Of a stretch of DNA of 64,000 nt, positions 50,760 to 59,626 are shown in pieces. Under the pieces are notes generated by a model, which worked only from the letters and a program-made list of their open reading frames with translations, was not told where the DNA came from and did not search any database. Source of the DNA: Oscillospiraceae bacterium (GTDB lineage: Bacteria > Bacillota > Clostridia > Oscillospirales > QAMX01); the NCBI GenBank assembly GCA_015068345.1, contig SVKS01000003.1, positions 2,168 to 66,167 on the forward strand, read 5' to 3'. The position numbers were made by a program, and so were the translations under genes. Every line of letters starts with the position of its first letter. The stretch's first letter is position 1.

Positions 50760-52988
50760 ATGGTGAAACGATATGAGTTGCGATTCCTTTCTGGCATATT
50801 GTTACTTTCTTTGATTGTTTCAGTCTTGGCAGCCTGCGCCGAAAGCCGGCAACAGGCCAATGATGCAACCGATACCTATCTCGGCGAAGTTATAGATATT
50901 GGTCTCGCTGAAAATGAAATGATTATGAACGTGGCCGAAATAGGAGGAGAGATTCGGTTTACCATCGGGGTAGAATGTGACGAGATAAATGCCCTATACG
51001 GAACAGACAAGGGGATTCCCTATAAAACTGAATACCGTTATTACGATATGGAGTTTATCGAGGATACCGCAAAACGGGAAACCACTACATCCTTCCAGGA
51101 GGTGGGGCGTGCTGATAACCTGGTTTTCGGGGGAGAACCCTTCGAAGAAGATGGATCCTACAACAGTGTGCAGTACCGCTTTTATCTGGATGGTCAGCCA
51201 ACCGGGCATGCAATCATTCCGGAAGACCAACTCACCGACAGCCCCGCCACACGCTACAACGCAAGGGTAAATCTTATGGAAAAGGATGGTATCATCTATG
51301 CCGGAATCTGTGGTATCAACTATTTTGCCGACAATGCCTGGAGCCTTTATATTGGAGATCATTTTGTCAAAAAAACGACCCAGAAGCCGGGCGTGGAAGT
51401 GGATTTTTTCGGATTGATGGAGATTGGTGGGACTCCCTATGCATTGATTCGGGAAAGAGAAGCAATTGCCGGGGCTTATCGTTATTTCAATTCTACCAAG
51501 GAAGCCGCCTGTCTAATCCCGCTGACCTTCAACACCATCGATCTTTCTGGTGAGGGGATTGAGATAGAGGGACGCCCCACGGGGGGAGCTTTTAGTGATG
51601 GGACTTATGGTTACTATATGTGCGGAAGCGAGCTTTGGCGTACCAATGGGGTGGACTGCAAAAAACTTGCCGATCTGATCTATTGCGGGGTGGATGAAAC
51701 CTCGGTGGTACGTAAAGTATGCACCCTTGCTGATGGGCGCATTCTGGTGGTAGCCAACGGCGGAATGATCGAGCTTACTGCGTCAGAAAGTATCGTTCCT
51801 GCTGAGCGAAGTGTATACACCCTTGGGGTTGTGAATTACTACAATTACTCCGGGCTTCTTTCCAAAACGGTTGCCAAATTCAACGGCCAATCGGATGGGG
51901 TTCGGTTTGTGGTAAAAGAGTACTCCGACATTACGAAGATGAATCTTGCCCTCCTGTCCGGGGAAGTGGATATGATAGTATCTTCGGATCACTTTATGCT
52001 GAAAAACTACGTAAAGCAGGGACTTTTGGCTCCCCTGGAGGAAGTTGCTCCTGCACTTTTTGAAGAAGGAGTTTTGATCGAAAATATCGTGGATGTTACC
52101 CGAATGGAAGGAATCTGCTATTTTCTTCCCCGGGAGTTCCTGATTGAAGGAAAAAGCGTTAGAAGCACCATTTTGGAAGAAGGACAAACCTTTGATCATC
52201 CCAAGGATTTCTTCGATCTTGTTTTGGAGACCTCCCCGACTTCGATGAAGTTTAACTCCAAGGATTTTCACATGGAGCATTATGGCACGAATATAGACGA
52301 TTGGATCGATTGGGATAATAACACGTGCCATTTTGATGATGGCAGCTTTGAAACTCTGTTGGAATTTTGTAACCTTGGGGCTGGTCCGGGAGAAACTCGA
52401 TCTCACGGCTCCGACGTTATGCCTTTTGGATTGCAAAATCTTATCAATCAGAATGAATTTGTTGATTGGGAGACAGCCAATGAATACTCCGGGGATTCCG
52501 CTTGGGTAGTGGTTCCTATTCCGTCAACGGTACACAAGGGCTTTGGCATTGATGCATTCGATTATTATGCCGTGGTAGATCGGGTGGAAAGTCGGGAAGC
52601 GGCGAGAGAATTTTTGGAATGGCATTTCCTGGCGGATGTGCTTGGAGAGATTCCTCCGGATGGTCCGGATGGATGGTCCAATGAAGTACTGTTTGAATCC
52701 GGTTATGACTATCTGTCCATCAATCGGGCAGAGTGTGAGCGAGTTCTCAGCCGAAACTTGATAGTCGAAGACGAAGATAACGAAGAAGAATTGGTAGTGG
52801 AGCAAAGACGGTACGAAGACAGCTGGAAGATCATTCAGCAAGCCGACCACCTTTGGTATTATAGCAATGCGGTGTTTGACGTGATGATGGAGGAAGCCTG
52901 TCGTTACTTTTCCGGAGATATCACTGCAAAACAGGCTGCCGACTACGTGCAAAACCGTATTTCCCTCTACCTTGCGGAGCAGGGGTAA
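50760..52988 (+). CDS. 742-aa lipoprotein, paralogue 2 of the SBP-like pair
   Basis: AUG at 50760 (MVKRYELRFLSGILLLSLIVSVLAAC|A). It shares TEYRYYD, GGAFSDG.YGYYMCGSELWRT.G, DGRILVV, HFMLKNYVKQGLLAPLEEVAP and an identical 22-aa C-terminus with the upstream gene. Confidence 0.55.
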   Translation: MVKRYELRFLSGILLLSLIVSVLAACAESRQQANDATDTYLGEVIDIGLAENEMIMNVAEIGGEIRFTIGVECDEINALYGTDKGIPYKTEYRYYDMEFIEDTAKRETTTSFQEVGRADNLVFGGEPFEEDGSYNSVQYRFYLDGQPTGHAIIPEDQLTDSPATRYNARVNLMEKDGIIYAGICGINYFADNAWSLYIGDHFVKKTTQKPGVEVDFFGLMEIGGTPYALIREREAIAGAYRYFNSTKEAACLIPLTFNTIDLSGEGIEIEGRPTGGAFSDGTYGYYMCGSELWRTNGVDCKKLADLIYCGVDETSVVRKVCTLADGRILVVANGGMIELTASESIVPAERSVYTLGVVNYYNYSGLLSKTVAKFNGQSDGVRFVVKEYSDITKMNLALLSGEVDMIVSSDHFMLKNYVKQGLLAPLEEVAPALFEEGVLIENIVDVTRMEGICYFLPREFLIEGKSVRSTILEEGQTFDHPKDFFDLVLETSPTSMKFNSKDFHMEHYGTNIDDWIDWDNNTCHFDDGSFETLLEFCNLGAGPGETRSHGSDVMPFGLQNLINQNEFVDWETANEYSGDSAWVVVPIPSTVHKGFGIDAFDYYAVVDRVESREAAREFLEWHFLADVLGEIPPDGPDGWSNEVLFESGYDYLSINRAECERVLSRNLIVEDEDNEEELVVEQRRYEDSWKIIQQADHLWYYSNAVFDVMMEEACRYFSGDITAKQAADYVQNRISLYLAEQG

Positions 52989-53023
52989 CACCGAATATTC
53001 CCCGAAAGTATAATGAGAAAGAA

Positions 53024-53069
53024 CGCCCCGGGCTGTGGAAAATATGCCACAGTCCGGGGCGGTTTTTTT
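53024..53069 (+). terminator. rho-independent terminator; second copy of the 15-bp-stem hairpin
   Basis: cgccccgggctgtgg-aaaatatg-ccacagtccggggcg followed by T7. Confidence 0.8.
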
Positions 53070-53400
53070 ATTACAGGGGACGGGTTTGCTCCGGAGGTAG
53101 CGTGTGCATCCCGCAGGATTCGGACGGCCGATGGCCGCCTCTGCTGCAGAGACAGCGGTTCTTAGGCACCCACCGGGTAGGGGCGATTCAGGAATCGCCC
53201 GCCGGGAAGCAGGGGTATGATCTGTGGAACCCGCCCAAAAGGCCCCCTCTGGGAGGGGGCTGCTGAGCGACAGCGAAGCTGGGGGAGTTTTCTCCTTCCG
53301 TGCACATAACTCCCCCCGGCACCTGCGGCGCCGCCTCCCTCGGGGAGGGAGGCAGGGTGTGATCTGTGGCGCCCGTCTCTGGGTGTCCGGAAGATCTTAC
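53070..53400. repeat. GC-rich multi-hairpin (REP-like) intergenic cluster
   Basis: Hairpins: gggcgattc-ag-gaatcgccc (53181-53200), gccccctc-tgg-gagggggc (53242-53260), cctccct-cgggg-agggagg (53334-53352). Repeated tgatctgtgg(a/c)(a/g)cccg at about 53217 and 53358. No credible CDS. Confidence 0.6.
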
Positions 53401-53402
53401 GC

Positions 53403-53439
53403 AAAAAGAACAGGCGGCCGGTGGCCGCCTGTTCTTTTT
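53403..53439 (-). terminator. rho-independent terminator of the amidohydrolase gene
   Basis: agaacaggcggcc-ggt-ggccgcctgttct (13-bp stem) flanked by A/T runs. Confidence 0.8.
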
Positions 53440-53445
53440 GTATCG

Positions 53446-55017
53446 TTACTTTCCAAAGACTCGTTTTCCGCCAACCCAGGTACCAAGGATGGGGATATCC
53501 TTGATCTGATCGGGTTCCACGGCAAAGGGATCGGCACCAAGCAGGGTGAAGTCCGCCAGGTAGCCCGGGGTGATTTTCCCCTTTTTCCCCTCTTCAAAGC
53601 TTGCGTAGGCTCCGGTCGCTGTAAAGCTTTCCAGGGCTTCGCCCACCGTGAAGGCTTCGTGGGGCAGGTAGGGACCATTTCCGGAAAGATCCCGGCGGGT
53701 AACGGCACACTGGATGCCCCCAAGGACGTTAGGCAGTTCCACCGGGCAGTCACTGCCGTTGCTGACGGTGGCACCCCAATTTTTGAGGGTCTTCCAGCTG
53801 TAGCTACTTTCCGCCAGCTCCTTCCCCACCCGGGCTTCCACAATGTGAATATCATAATCCAAAAAGATCGACTGAGCGTACACGTGGAGTCCCATCCCGG
53901 CGATTTTTTGAAGCTGATCGGGACGGGTAATCTGGCAATGGACGATGCCGTGGCGGTGATCGGCCCGGGGATACTCCGCCAGGGCCTTTTCAAAGCTTTG
54001 GAGCACCATATCCAAACAGGCGTCCCCGATGCAATGTACCGCCACCTGCATACCCATGCGATTGGCGTAGCCAATCAGCTGGTCAAACTGCTCCTGAGTG
54101 AAGATGCCAAGTCCCATCTTTGTGGAATCATCGGCATAGGGTTTGCTCAAAAGGGCGGTACGAGCCCCCAGCGAACCGTCCCCTAAAAGCTTCAGGGGTC
54201 CGATTTTGAAGTAGTCACTGCCAACGCCGGTGTTGTTCCCGGCTTCCACAAAGGCTTGGAGCTGCTTCGGATCGGCGAAATTGGCCTGCTCATATACCCG
54301 GACAGTGAGTTCTCCCGCCGCTTCCAGCTCCCGGAAGGCCCGGTTGACCGTTTCCGGCTCCAGCCCGTGAAAGACACAATAATCGTCGCTGTGACACCCG
54401 GTAATACCATAAGCATTCAGCGCCCTTGCCCCGGCCCGGAGCATATCCTTCACCTGGTCCAGGGTAGGCGGCGGGATAGCCCCATACACCAGATCCATAG
54501 CGTTATCCAGGAAAATACCGTTTGGTACTCCCTTTTCGGTAACCACCTCGCCGCCCTCCACCTGGGGCACCACGTCCAAAAGACCCAGAAGCGCCAGGGC
54601 ACGGCTGTTCACCACAAGTGCGTGGCCACAGGCTCTGACTGCGCAAACCGGGTGGGTGGTGGAAACCTTGTCCAGATCCCAGCGGGTAGGCATACGTTTT
54701 ACATCGGCAAAATAATCGTGATTCCACCCCCGACCCAGAATCCAACCGCCACGTCCCGAGGGCGTTTTCCCAAGGCAGGCGATCATATCCCCAAGGGAGG
54801 TGGTGTTGGCATGGAGGGGAGCCACCGTCAAGGCCTGGCCAAAATTCAGAAGGTGCATATGGCTGTCTATGAAGCCGGGTACAACAAAAGCTCCACCCAG
54901 ATCCACCACCTCATCGGCCAAAGCTTCCTCCGGGGCAACGAATTTGCCATTTTCCACCCCAAAGGAGGTCACAAAGCCTTCCCCGGTATATACCCGGGCG
55001 TTTTTGTATAGCGTCAT
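53446..55017 (-). CDS. amidohydrolase-family metal-dependent hydrolase (YtcJ/Amidohydro_3-like)
   Basis: PGFIDSHMHLL metal-binding HxH, VAVHCIGD, GSDCPVE blocks. Confidence 0.8.
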   Translation of the reverse strand: MTLYKNARVYTGEGFVTSFGVENGKFVAPEEALADEVVDLGGAFVVPGFIDSHMHLLNFGQALTVAPLHANTTSLGDMIACLGKTPSGRGGWILGRGWNHDYFADVKRMPTRWDLDKVSTTHPVCAVRACGHALVVNSRALALLGLLDVVPQVEGGEVVTEKGVPNGIFLDNAMDLVYGAIPPPTLDQVKDMLRAGARALNAYGITGCHSDDYCVFHGLEPETVNRAFRELEAAGELTVRVYEQANFADPKQLQAFVEAGNNTGVGSDYFKIGPLKLLGDGSLGARTALLSKPYADDSTKMGLGIFTQEQFDQLIGYANRMGMQVAVHCIGDACLDMVLQSFEKALAEYPRADHRHGIVHCQITRPDQLQKIAGMGLHVYAQSIFLDYDIHIVEARVGKELAESSYSWKTLKNWGATVSNGSDCPVELPNVLGGIQCAVTRRDLSGNGPYLPHEAFTVGEALESFTATGAYASFEEGKKGKITPGYLADFTLLGADPFAVEPDQIKDIPILGTWVGGKRVFGK

Positions 55018-55020
55018 CGA

Positions 55021-55491
55021 TCAGTCCTCAAATCTCCAAAGGTAATAAAACTCTCCGCTGGCACCATGAATACCCACTCGTTGGAACCCCATGGTTTCAT
55101 AAAGCACCTGTCCCCGAATGTTGGCCAGGTGGGTGGTCAGCTGGATACCCCCCTTGCCCATATCCCGGACGTAGCTTTGGGCGTGGGCAATCAGCCGACG
55201 ACCCAGGCGCTTGCCCTTCAGATCCTCCCGCACGGCGATCCCCAGCCAGGGGATGGAGGTATGCAGATCCCACAGGAAGACGTAGCCCGCCATCTTACCA
55301 TCCAGTTCAGCCATCCAGTAGCGGCGGTTTTCCTCCGGATTCTTGACAAAATGCAGGGTATTCTTTTGATTGCCGCCGAAGCGGTTGAAAAATGCCCGGG
55401 CTTCGCCGCCCATGGCATCAAAGAATTCGTTGATCAACTCCTCATCCTCCGCCACCATGGGGCGGATCAGGACGTCATCCACAAGGCTCAT
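55021..55491 (-). CDS. GNAT family N-acetyltransferase
   Basis: IRPMVAEDEELINEF...LGIAVREDLKGKRLGRRLI acetyl-CoA binding block. Confidence 0.8.
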   Translation of the reverse strand: MSLVDDVLIRPMVAEDEELINEFFDAMGGEARAFFNRFGGNQKNTLHFVKNPEENRRYWMAELDGKMAGYVFLWDLHTSIPWLGIAVREDLKGKRLGRRLIAHAQSYVRDMGKGGIQLTTHLANIRGQVLYETMGFQRVGIHGASGEFYYLWRFED

Positions 55492-55544
55492 ATTCTTTCT
55501 CCTTTTTACAAAAAAGGCACCGCAGGGGCGGCGCCCGATTGGAT

Positions 55545-56687
55545 TTATTCGGTCATGGGCAAAATATCAGCGGTTTTTGCCACCGCAAGCTGGGGTTTGT
55601 CATTGACGACGGTGGTGAACACAATGTACCTTTCCCTGGCATTGAAGCGGGGATGGGGGTCCAGGTGATACTGTGACTGCTTATCCGGCGGATTCATGGG
55701 TGGATTGTTACTGTTGAAATAGACCTTTTTCCCTGTTTTGGTGTTGTAAAGTCCCACCCGGGAGGCACAACCCCGATAGAAGCCATCGTTTTCATCAAAC
55801 ACAAACAGGCTGTCATCCATCGACGAGAAGGCGTGCCACGCCCGCACCGGAGCCACCAGTTTGTGCTCTCCGCTGAAATAATCAATGGCGCAAACGCCGT
55901 TGTTTCCCTTATCGTTGTATTTGCAGTAGTATATTTTTCGTCCATCGGCACTCCACCATTCGTGGGTGGCCCGTTCCAGGTTCAGCGGAGCCCAAACCGT
56001 TTCCTCCCCATTGGCCTTCACCGTCCATAGCCGCATAAAGACGCCATTCTCGTCGGTACGGATGGAGCGGTAAGAACCATCCTCATTGGTGTCAAATTCC
56101 TCCGCCATCAGGGCCAGATCGGGGTACACCGGATTGAACTGGCCATGGTTGCGGCAATATTCCGGCCGAGTCCAAATCTGGAATTCCCCAGTGGCCAATG
56201 TCAGGGCACCAGCAATAAATCCCTTGGTGGTGCGACCATCCAGGAACATCTGCTTTCGGTCGGGACTGAAGGTCAGGTGGGTGGCGGGAATGATGACCCG
56301 AGCCTTTCGCTCGAAAAATTCCTTCGGCAGATCGCAAACCTTTTCGGTGGCCAATTCTGGTCTGGGGGATCGCTTATACAGGGCACGTTCATCCGCATAA
56401 TAAACCTCCCCGGTGATAGTATCCACGATGGGGCAGGCATCCAGATGCAGGGTTTCGGGGAAGTGGTGCACTTCGTCGGTGGTAAAATCCACCACCCCCA
56501 AGGTCCGGTAGCTTGCAGGCGGGAAATAGCAATAGAACCACAGGTAACGCCCCTGGTCATCCATGCTCGGATTCACGAAATAAAAGCCGGTCTGTTGGGC
56601 CGCCACGTGGGTGGCCAACACATAGTAGACAGCCCCCGATTCATCCTGCCGTTTTACAAAATGCTTGGATGTTTCGATGGTATACAT
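55545..56687 (-). CDS. oligogalacturonate-lyase-family (PL22-like) beta-propeller protein
   Basis: From memory of Ogl sequences, C-terminal HLDPHPRFNARERYIVFTTVVNDKPQLAVAKT parallels THPHPSFTPDDKQILFTSDVHGKPALF. ATHEWWSADGRKIYY parallels CTHEFWVPDGS. Confidence 0.55.
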   Translation of the reverse strand: MYTIETSKHFVKRQDESGAVYYVLATHVAAQQTGFYFVNPSMDDQGRYLWFYCYFPPASYRTLGVVDFTTDEVHHFPETLHLDACPIVDTITGEVYYADERALYKRSPRPELATEKVCDLPKEFFERKARVIIPATHLTFSPDRKQMFLDGRTTKGFIAGALTLATGEFQIWTRPEYCRNHGQFNPVYPDLALMAEEFDTNEDGSYRSIRTDENGVFMRLWTVKANGEETVWAPLNLERATHEWWSADGRKIYYCKYNDKGNNGVCAIDYFSGEHKLVAPVRAWHAFSSMDDSLFVFDENDGFYRGCASRVGLYNTKTGKKVYFNSNNPPMNPPDKQSQYHLDPHPRFNARERYIVFTTVVNDKPQLAVAKTADILPMTE

Positions 56688-56699
56688 AGAAAGTTCTCC

Positions 56700-57731
56700 T
56701 TATTTCTTCAACAGCTCGTGGATCACGGGCCAAGCCGGGTCGGCGTAGAAACGATGACCCTCCTGTCCCTCCACGTGACGGAGCATATCCGTGGCACCGG
56801 CGGCCTTGAACATAACCTCCAGTACCTCCATGGTTTCGTCCACACCGGGCTTGGGGAAAATGGGATCATCCTTACCATTGACCACCAGGAGCGCCCGGGG
56901 TGCAATCAGACCACCCAGGTCCCCCATGTCAAAATAATCGGCCACCTGGGGCACGTAGTTGCAAACGCAGTGTACCGTTTCCACGATGGAGTGCTTGTAG
57001 GTACAAACGCTGCAGCTGGGCACCGCATAACGAATCCGTTCTTCCATACAGGCGGCGTAGAAGGTGGCGGTGCCACCGCCGGAATTGCCAAGGCAGATCA
57101 GCTTTTCCATGTTCAGACAGTCAAATTCGGCTTCCAGTACGTCGATCAGCCGCATAATATCCCACACCCGTTCGCCGATGGCGGTGCGGCCGTAAAGCAG
57201 GGCCCACAGGGATTTGTCACACTTGGGTCCGGTTTCATCTCCCCCGGCTTCCCCCATGTAACGCTGTTCCAGGGCGATGGCGGCGCAGCCTTCCCGCACA
57301 GCACGGACAGCAAAATCCCGGTCGCCGCCTTTGATGGTCTTTTCATCCCCTTCATATTTGGGTCGGCCCAGGCTGATATGCATCCCTTTGGAGTGCCCCT
57401 GCAGGCAGATTACCGGCGTGAAGGGAGCGGTTCCCCGTTTGGGAATTAAAATATGAGCCAGAGCCCGGAATCCCTCTTCTGTGGCAAAGGTAAAGCGAAT
57501 TTCCCGATAGTCCTCGGTCTCGCTTTCCCACTCCACCTGAAAATCAGGGGCTACCTTGGTAAATTTTCCAAGTCCTAAAAGCACTCCAAGCTTTTCCCGG
57601 CTCTTCTTTTGCCAGGCGGCAAAATCCTCTTTGCCGTCGTAGCGCCAGCGGGGTGTGTAGTCCTTGGCTTTGTATTGGGTGAAAATACCCGGAATATTGG
57701 TGGTCATCATCATATCCCCCTTCATTTCCAT
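56700..57731 (-). CDS. alpha/beta hydrolase (acetyl-esterase/dienelactone-hydrolase-like)
   Basis: Nucleophile elbow GNSGGG and the usual alpha/beta-hydrolase layout. The start is ambiguous among AUGs at 57731-57707. Confidence 0.65.
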   Translation of the reverse strand: MEMKGDMMMTTNIPGIFTQYKAKDYTPRWRYDGKEDFAAWQKKSREKLGVLLGLGKFTKVAPDFQVEWESETEDYREIRFTFATEEGFRALAHILIPKRGTAPFTPVICLQGHSKGMHISLGRPKYEGDEKTIKGGDRDFAVRAVREGCAAIALEQRYMGEAGGDETGPKCDKSLWALLYGRTAIGERVWDIMRLIDVLEAEFDCLNMEKLICLGNSGGGTATFYAACMEERIRYAVPSCSVCTYKHSIVETVHCVCNYVPQVADYFDMGDLGGLIAPRALLVVNGKDDPIFPKPGVDETMEVLEVMFKAAGATDMLRHVEGQEGHRFYADPAWPVIHELLKK

Positions 57732-57831
57732 GTTTTCCTTATTTTACCACACCGGGGCGTAAATTGCCACCCCCAATCACATATAAATTACGCCCACCCC
57801 GCAGGACAAGAAACGGGATGGGCGTGAGAAA

Positions 57832-58626
57832 TCAGGATAAGAGCAGTTTGTCGTTGGCTTCGTCACTGCCGCTGACTTTGCTGAAAAGTTCCAGGAGTTG
57901 GGGAACGGTAAGCTTCTTCTTTTCCTCCCCCGAAACGTCGATGACAACCCGACCATCATACATCATGATCAGTCGATTGCCGTGGGCAATGGCGTCCTTC
58001 ATGTTGTGGGTTACCATCAGGGTGGTCAGGTGATCCCGCTCCACAATGCGGTCGGAAAGTTCCAGCACCTTGGCGGCGGTTTTGGGGTCCAATGCGGCGG
58101 TATGCTCGTCCAAAAGCAGAAGTCTGGGTTTTTGCAGGGATGCCATCAGAAGGGTCAGCGCCTGGCGCTGGCCGCCGGAAAGGAGCCCCACCTTGCTGGT
58201 AAGCCGGTCCTCCAAACCAAGGTCCAGTCCGTGCAAAAGTTCCTTGAATTGTTCCCGTTCGGCCTTGGAAATGCCCCATTTGAGTCCACGGGGCTGACCG
58301 CGTCGGGCAGCGAGAGCCAGATTTTCCTCGATCCACATGGTGGGGGCGGTCCCCAGCATAGGATCCTGGAACACACGGCCGATGAATTTGGCACGCTTGT
58401 ATTCCGGCAGGTGGGTCACATCGGTACCTCCGATCAGGATGGAGCCGGCATCCACCGGGTAGGTACCCGCCACAGCATTGAGCATGGTGGATTTACCCGC
58501 TCCGTTGCCGCCGATGACGGTACAGAAATCCCCTTCCTTCAGGGAGAGGGTAAGGCCGTTGAGAGCACGTTTTTCATTCACCGTGCCGGCGTTGAAGGTC
58601 TTGTATATTTCCTTAATTTCCAGCAT
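57832..58626 (-). CDS. ABC transporter ATP-binding protein (COG1101 type)
   Basis: Walker A GGNGAGKST, signature LSGGQRQ, Walker B LLLLDEH. Confidence 0.9.
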   Translation of the reverse strand: MLEIKEIYKTFNAGTVNEKRALNGLTLSLKEGDFCTVIGGNGAGKSTMLNAVAGTYPVDAGSILIGGTDVTHLPEYKRAKFIGRVFQDPMLGTAPTMWIEENLALAARRGQPRGLKWGISKAEREQFKELLHGLDLGLEDRLTSKVGLLSGGQRQALTLLMASLQKPRLLLLDEHTAALDPKTAAKVLELSDRIVERDHLTTLMVTHNMKDAIAHGNRLIMMYDGRVVIDVSGEEKKKLTVPQLLELFSKVSGSDEANDKLLLS

Positions 58627-59575
58627 GGTTTTTTCCTCCCGAAACAGTCTTGGGTTTTGCGTGAATATATCGGTTCTTCCAATAGGGGATGGCTAAGAAG
58701 ATGGCTACCACGATAGCCGAAAGGAGCTTGAGGTAGTTGGAGTTGAGTCCCAGGGACAGCACCAGCTGAATAACGATGTAGTAGATGATGGCACCCAGGG
58801 AAACGGCTGCCAGCTTGAGACCAAAATTCATAAAGAGCTTGCCAAATACCACGTCGCCGATGATGACGGCGGCAAGACCGATAACGATGGCGCCACGGCC
58901 CATGTTGATGTCGGCGTAGCTTTGATACTGGGCCAGGAGGGCGCCGGAAAGCGCCACCATGCCGTTGGAAAGCATGAGTCCCAAAAGGGTGGTGAAGTTG
59001 GTGTTGATGCCCTGAGCCCTGGACATGGCCTGGTTGGAACCGGTGGCACGCAGGGAACAGCCAAGCTCGGTGCCGAAGAACCAATAAAGGATCCCGATCA
59101 GAATTGCGGTGAAGAGTCCCACCACCAGAATGGGATGATTCCAAATGGGACGGGTCCCCTTGGCTACGTCCTGCACGAAGCGCAGGGAAACCATGAGCTT
59201 ATCCAGAAGCTCCGAATCGGTGACCTTGATGGCTACGTTTGCCTTCATGCCCATAATGGCCAGGTTGATGGACCACAGCCCCAGCTGGGTCAGGATCCCT
59301 GCCAGAATGGCCGGAATACCGCACTTGGTGTGCAGTATTCCGGTTACGAATCCGGTTAACATACCCGCTATCACAGAAGCGAGCATAGCAAGCCAAATAT
59401 TGCATCCACCGGTGTAGAGCACCACAAATACGGCGCCGCCGGTGCAGAAGGAACCGTCCACGGTCAGGTCGGCAATATCCAGTAGCTTATAGGTTATGTA
59501 GACACCGATGGCCATAATGCCCCAGATAAGTCCCTGGGATATGGCACCGGGTAAGGCGTTTAAGAAATCCAGCAT
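58613..59575 (-). CDS. ABC transporter permease (COG4120 type)
   Basis: About 9 TM segments. It overlaps the ATPase gene by 14 nt. Confidence 0.8.
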   Translation of the reverse strand: MLDFLNALPGAISQGLIWGIMAIGVYITYKLLDIADLTVDGSFCTGGAVFVVLYTGGCNIWLAMLASVIAGMLTGFVTGILHTKCGIPAILAGILTQLGLWSINLAIMGMKANVAIKVTDSELLDKLMVSLRFVQDVAKGTRPIWNHPILVVGLFTAILIGILYWFFGTELGCSLRATGSNQAMSRAQGINTNFTTLLGLMLSNGMVALSGALLAQYQSYADINMGRGAIVIGLAAVIIGDVVFGKLFMNFGLKLAAVSLGAIIYYIVIQLVLSLGLNSNYLKLLSAIVVAIFLAIPYWKNRYIHAKPKTVSGGKNHAGN

Positions 59576-59626
59576 GATCGTTTGTTCCTTCCGTCATGTT
59601 TGCAGTCTTTTTGACCGCAGATTTTT

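Noticed and set aside
47897-53440. Possible CRISPR array suggested by repeated palindromic units
   Set aside because: The units are different sequences, irregularly spaced and contiguous without spacers of uniform length. No cas genes are in the window.
53224-54186. 320-aa plus-strand ORF starting in the hairpin cluster
   Set aside because: Its 5' part is translated from the REP-like hairpins. The rest is antisense to the amidohydrolase gene.
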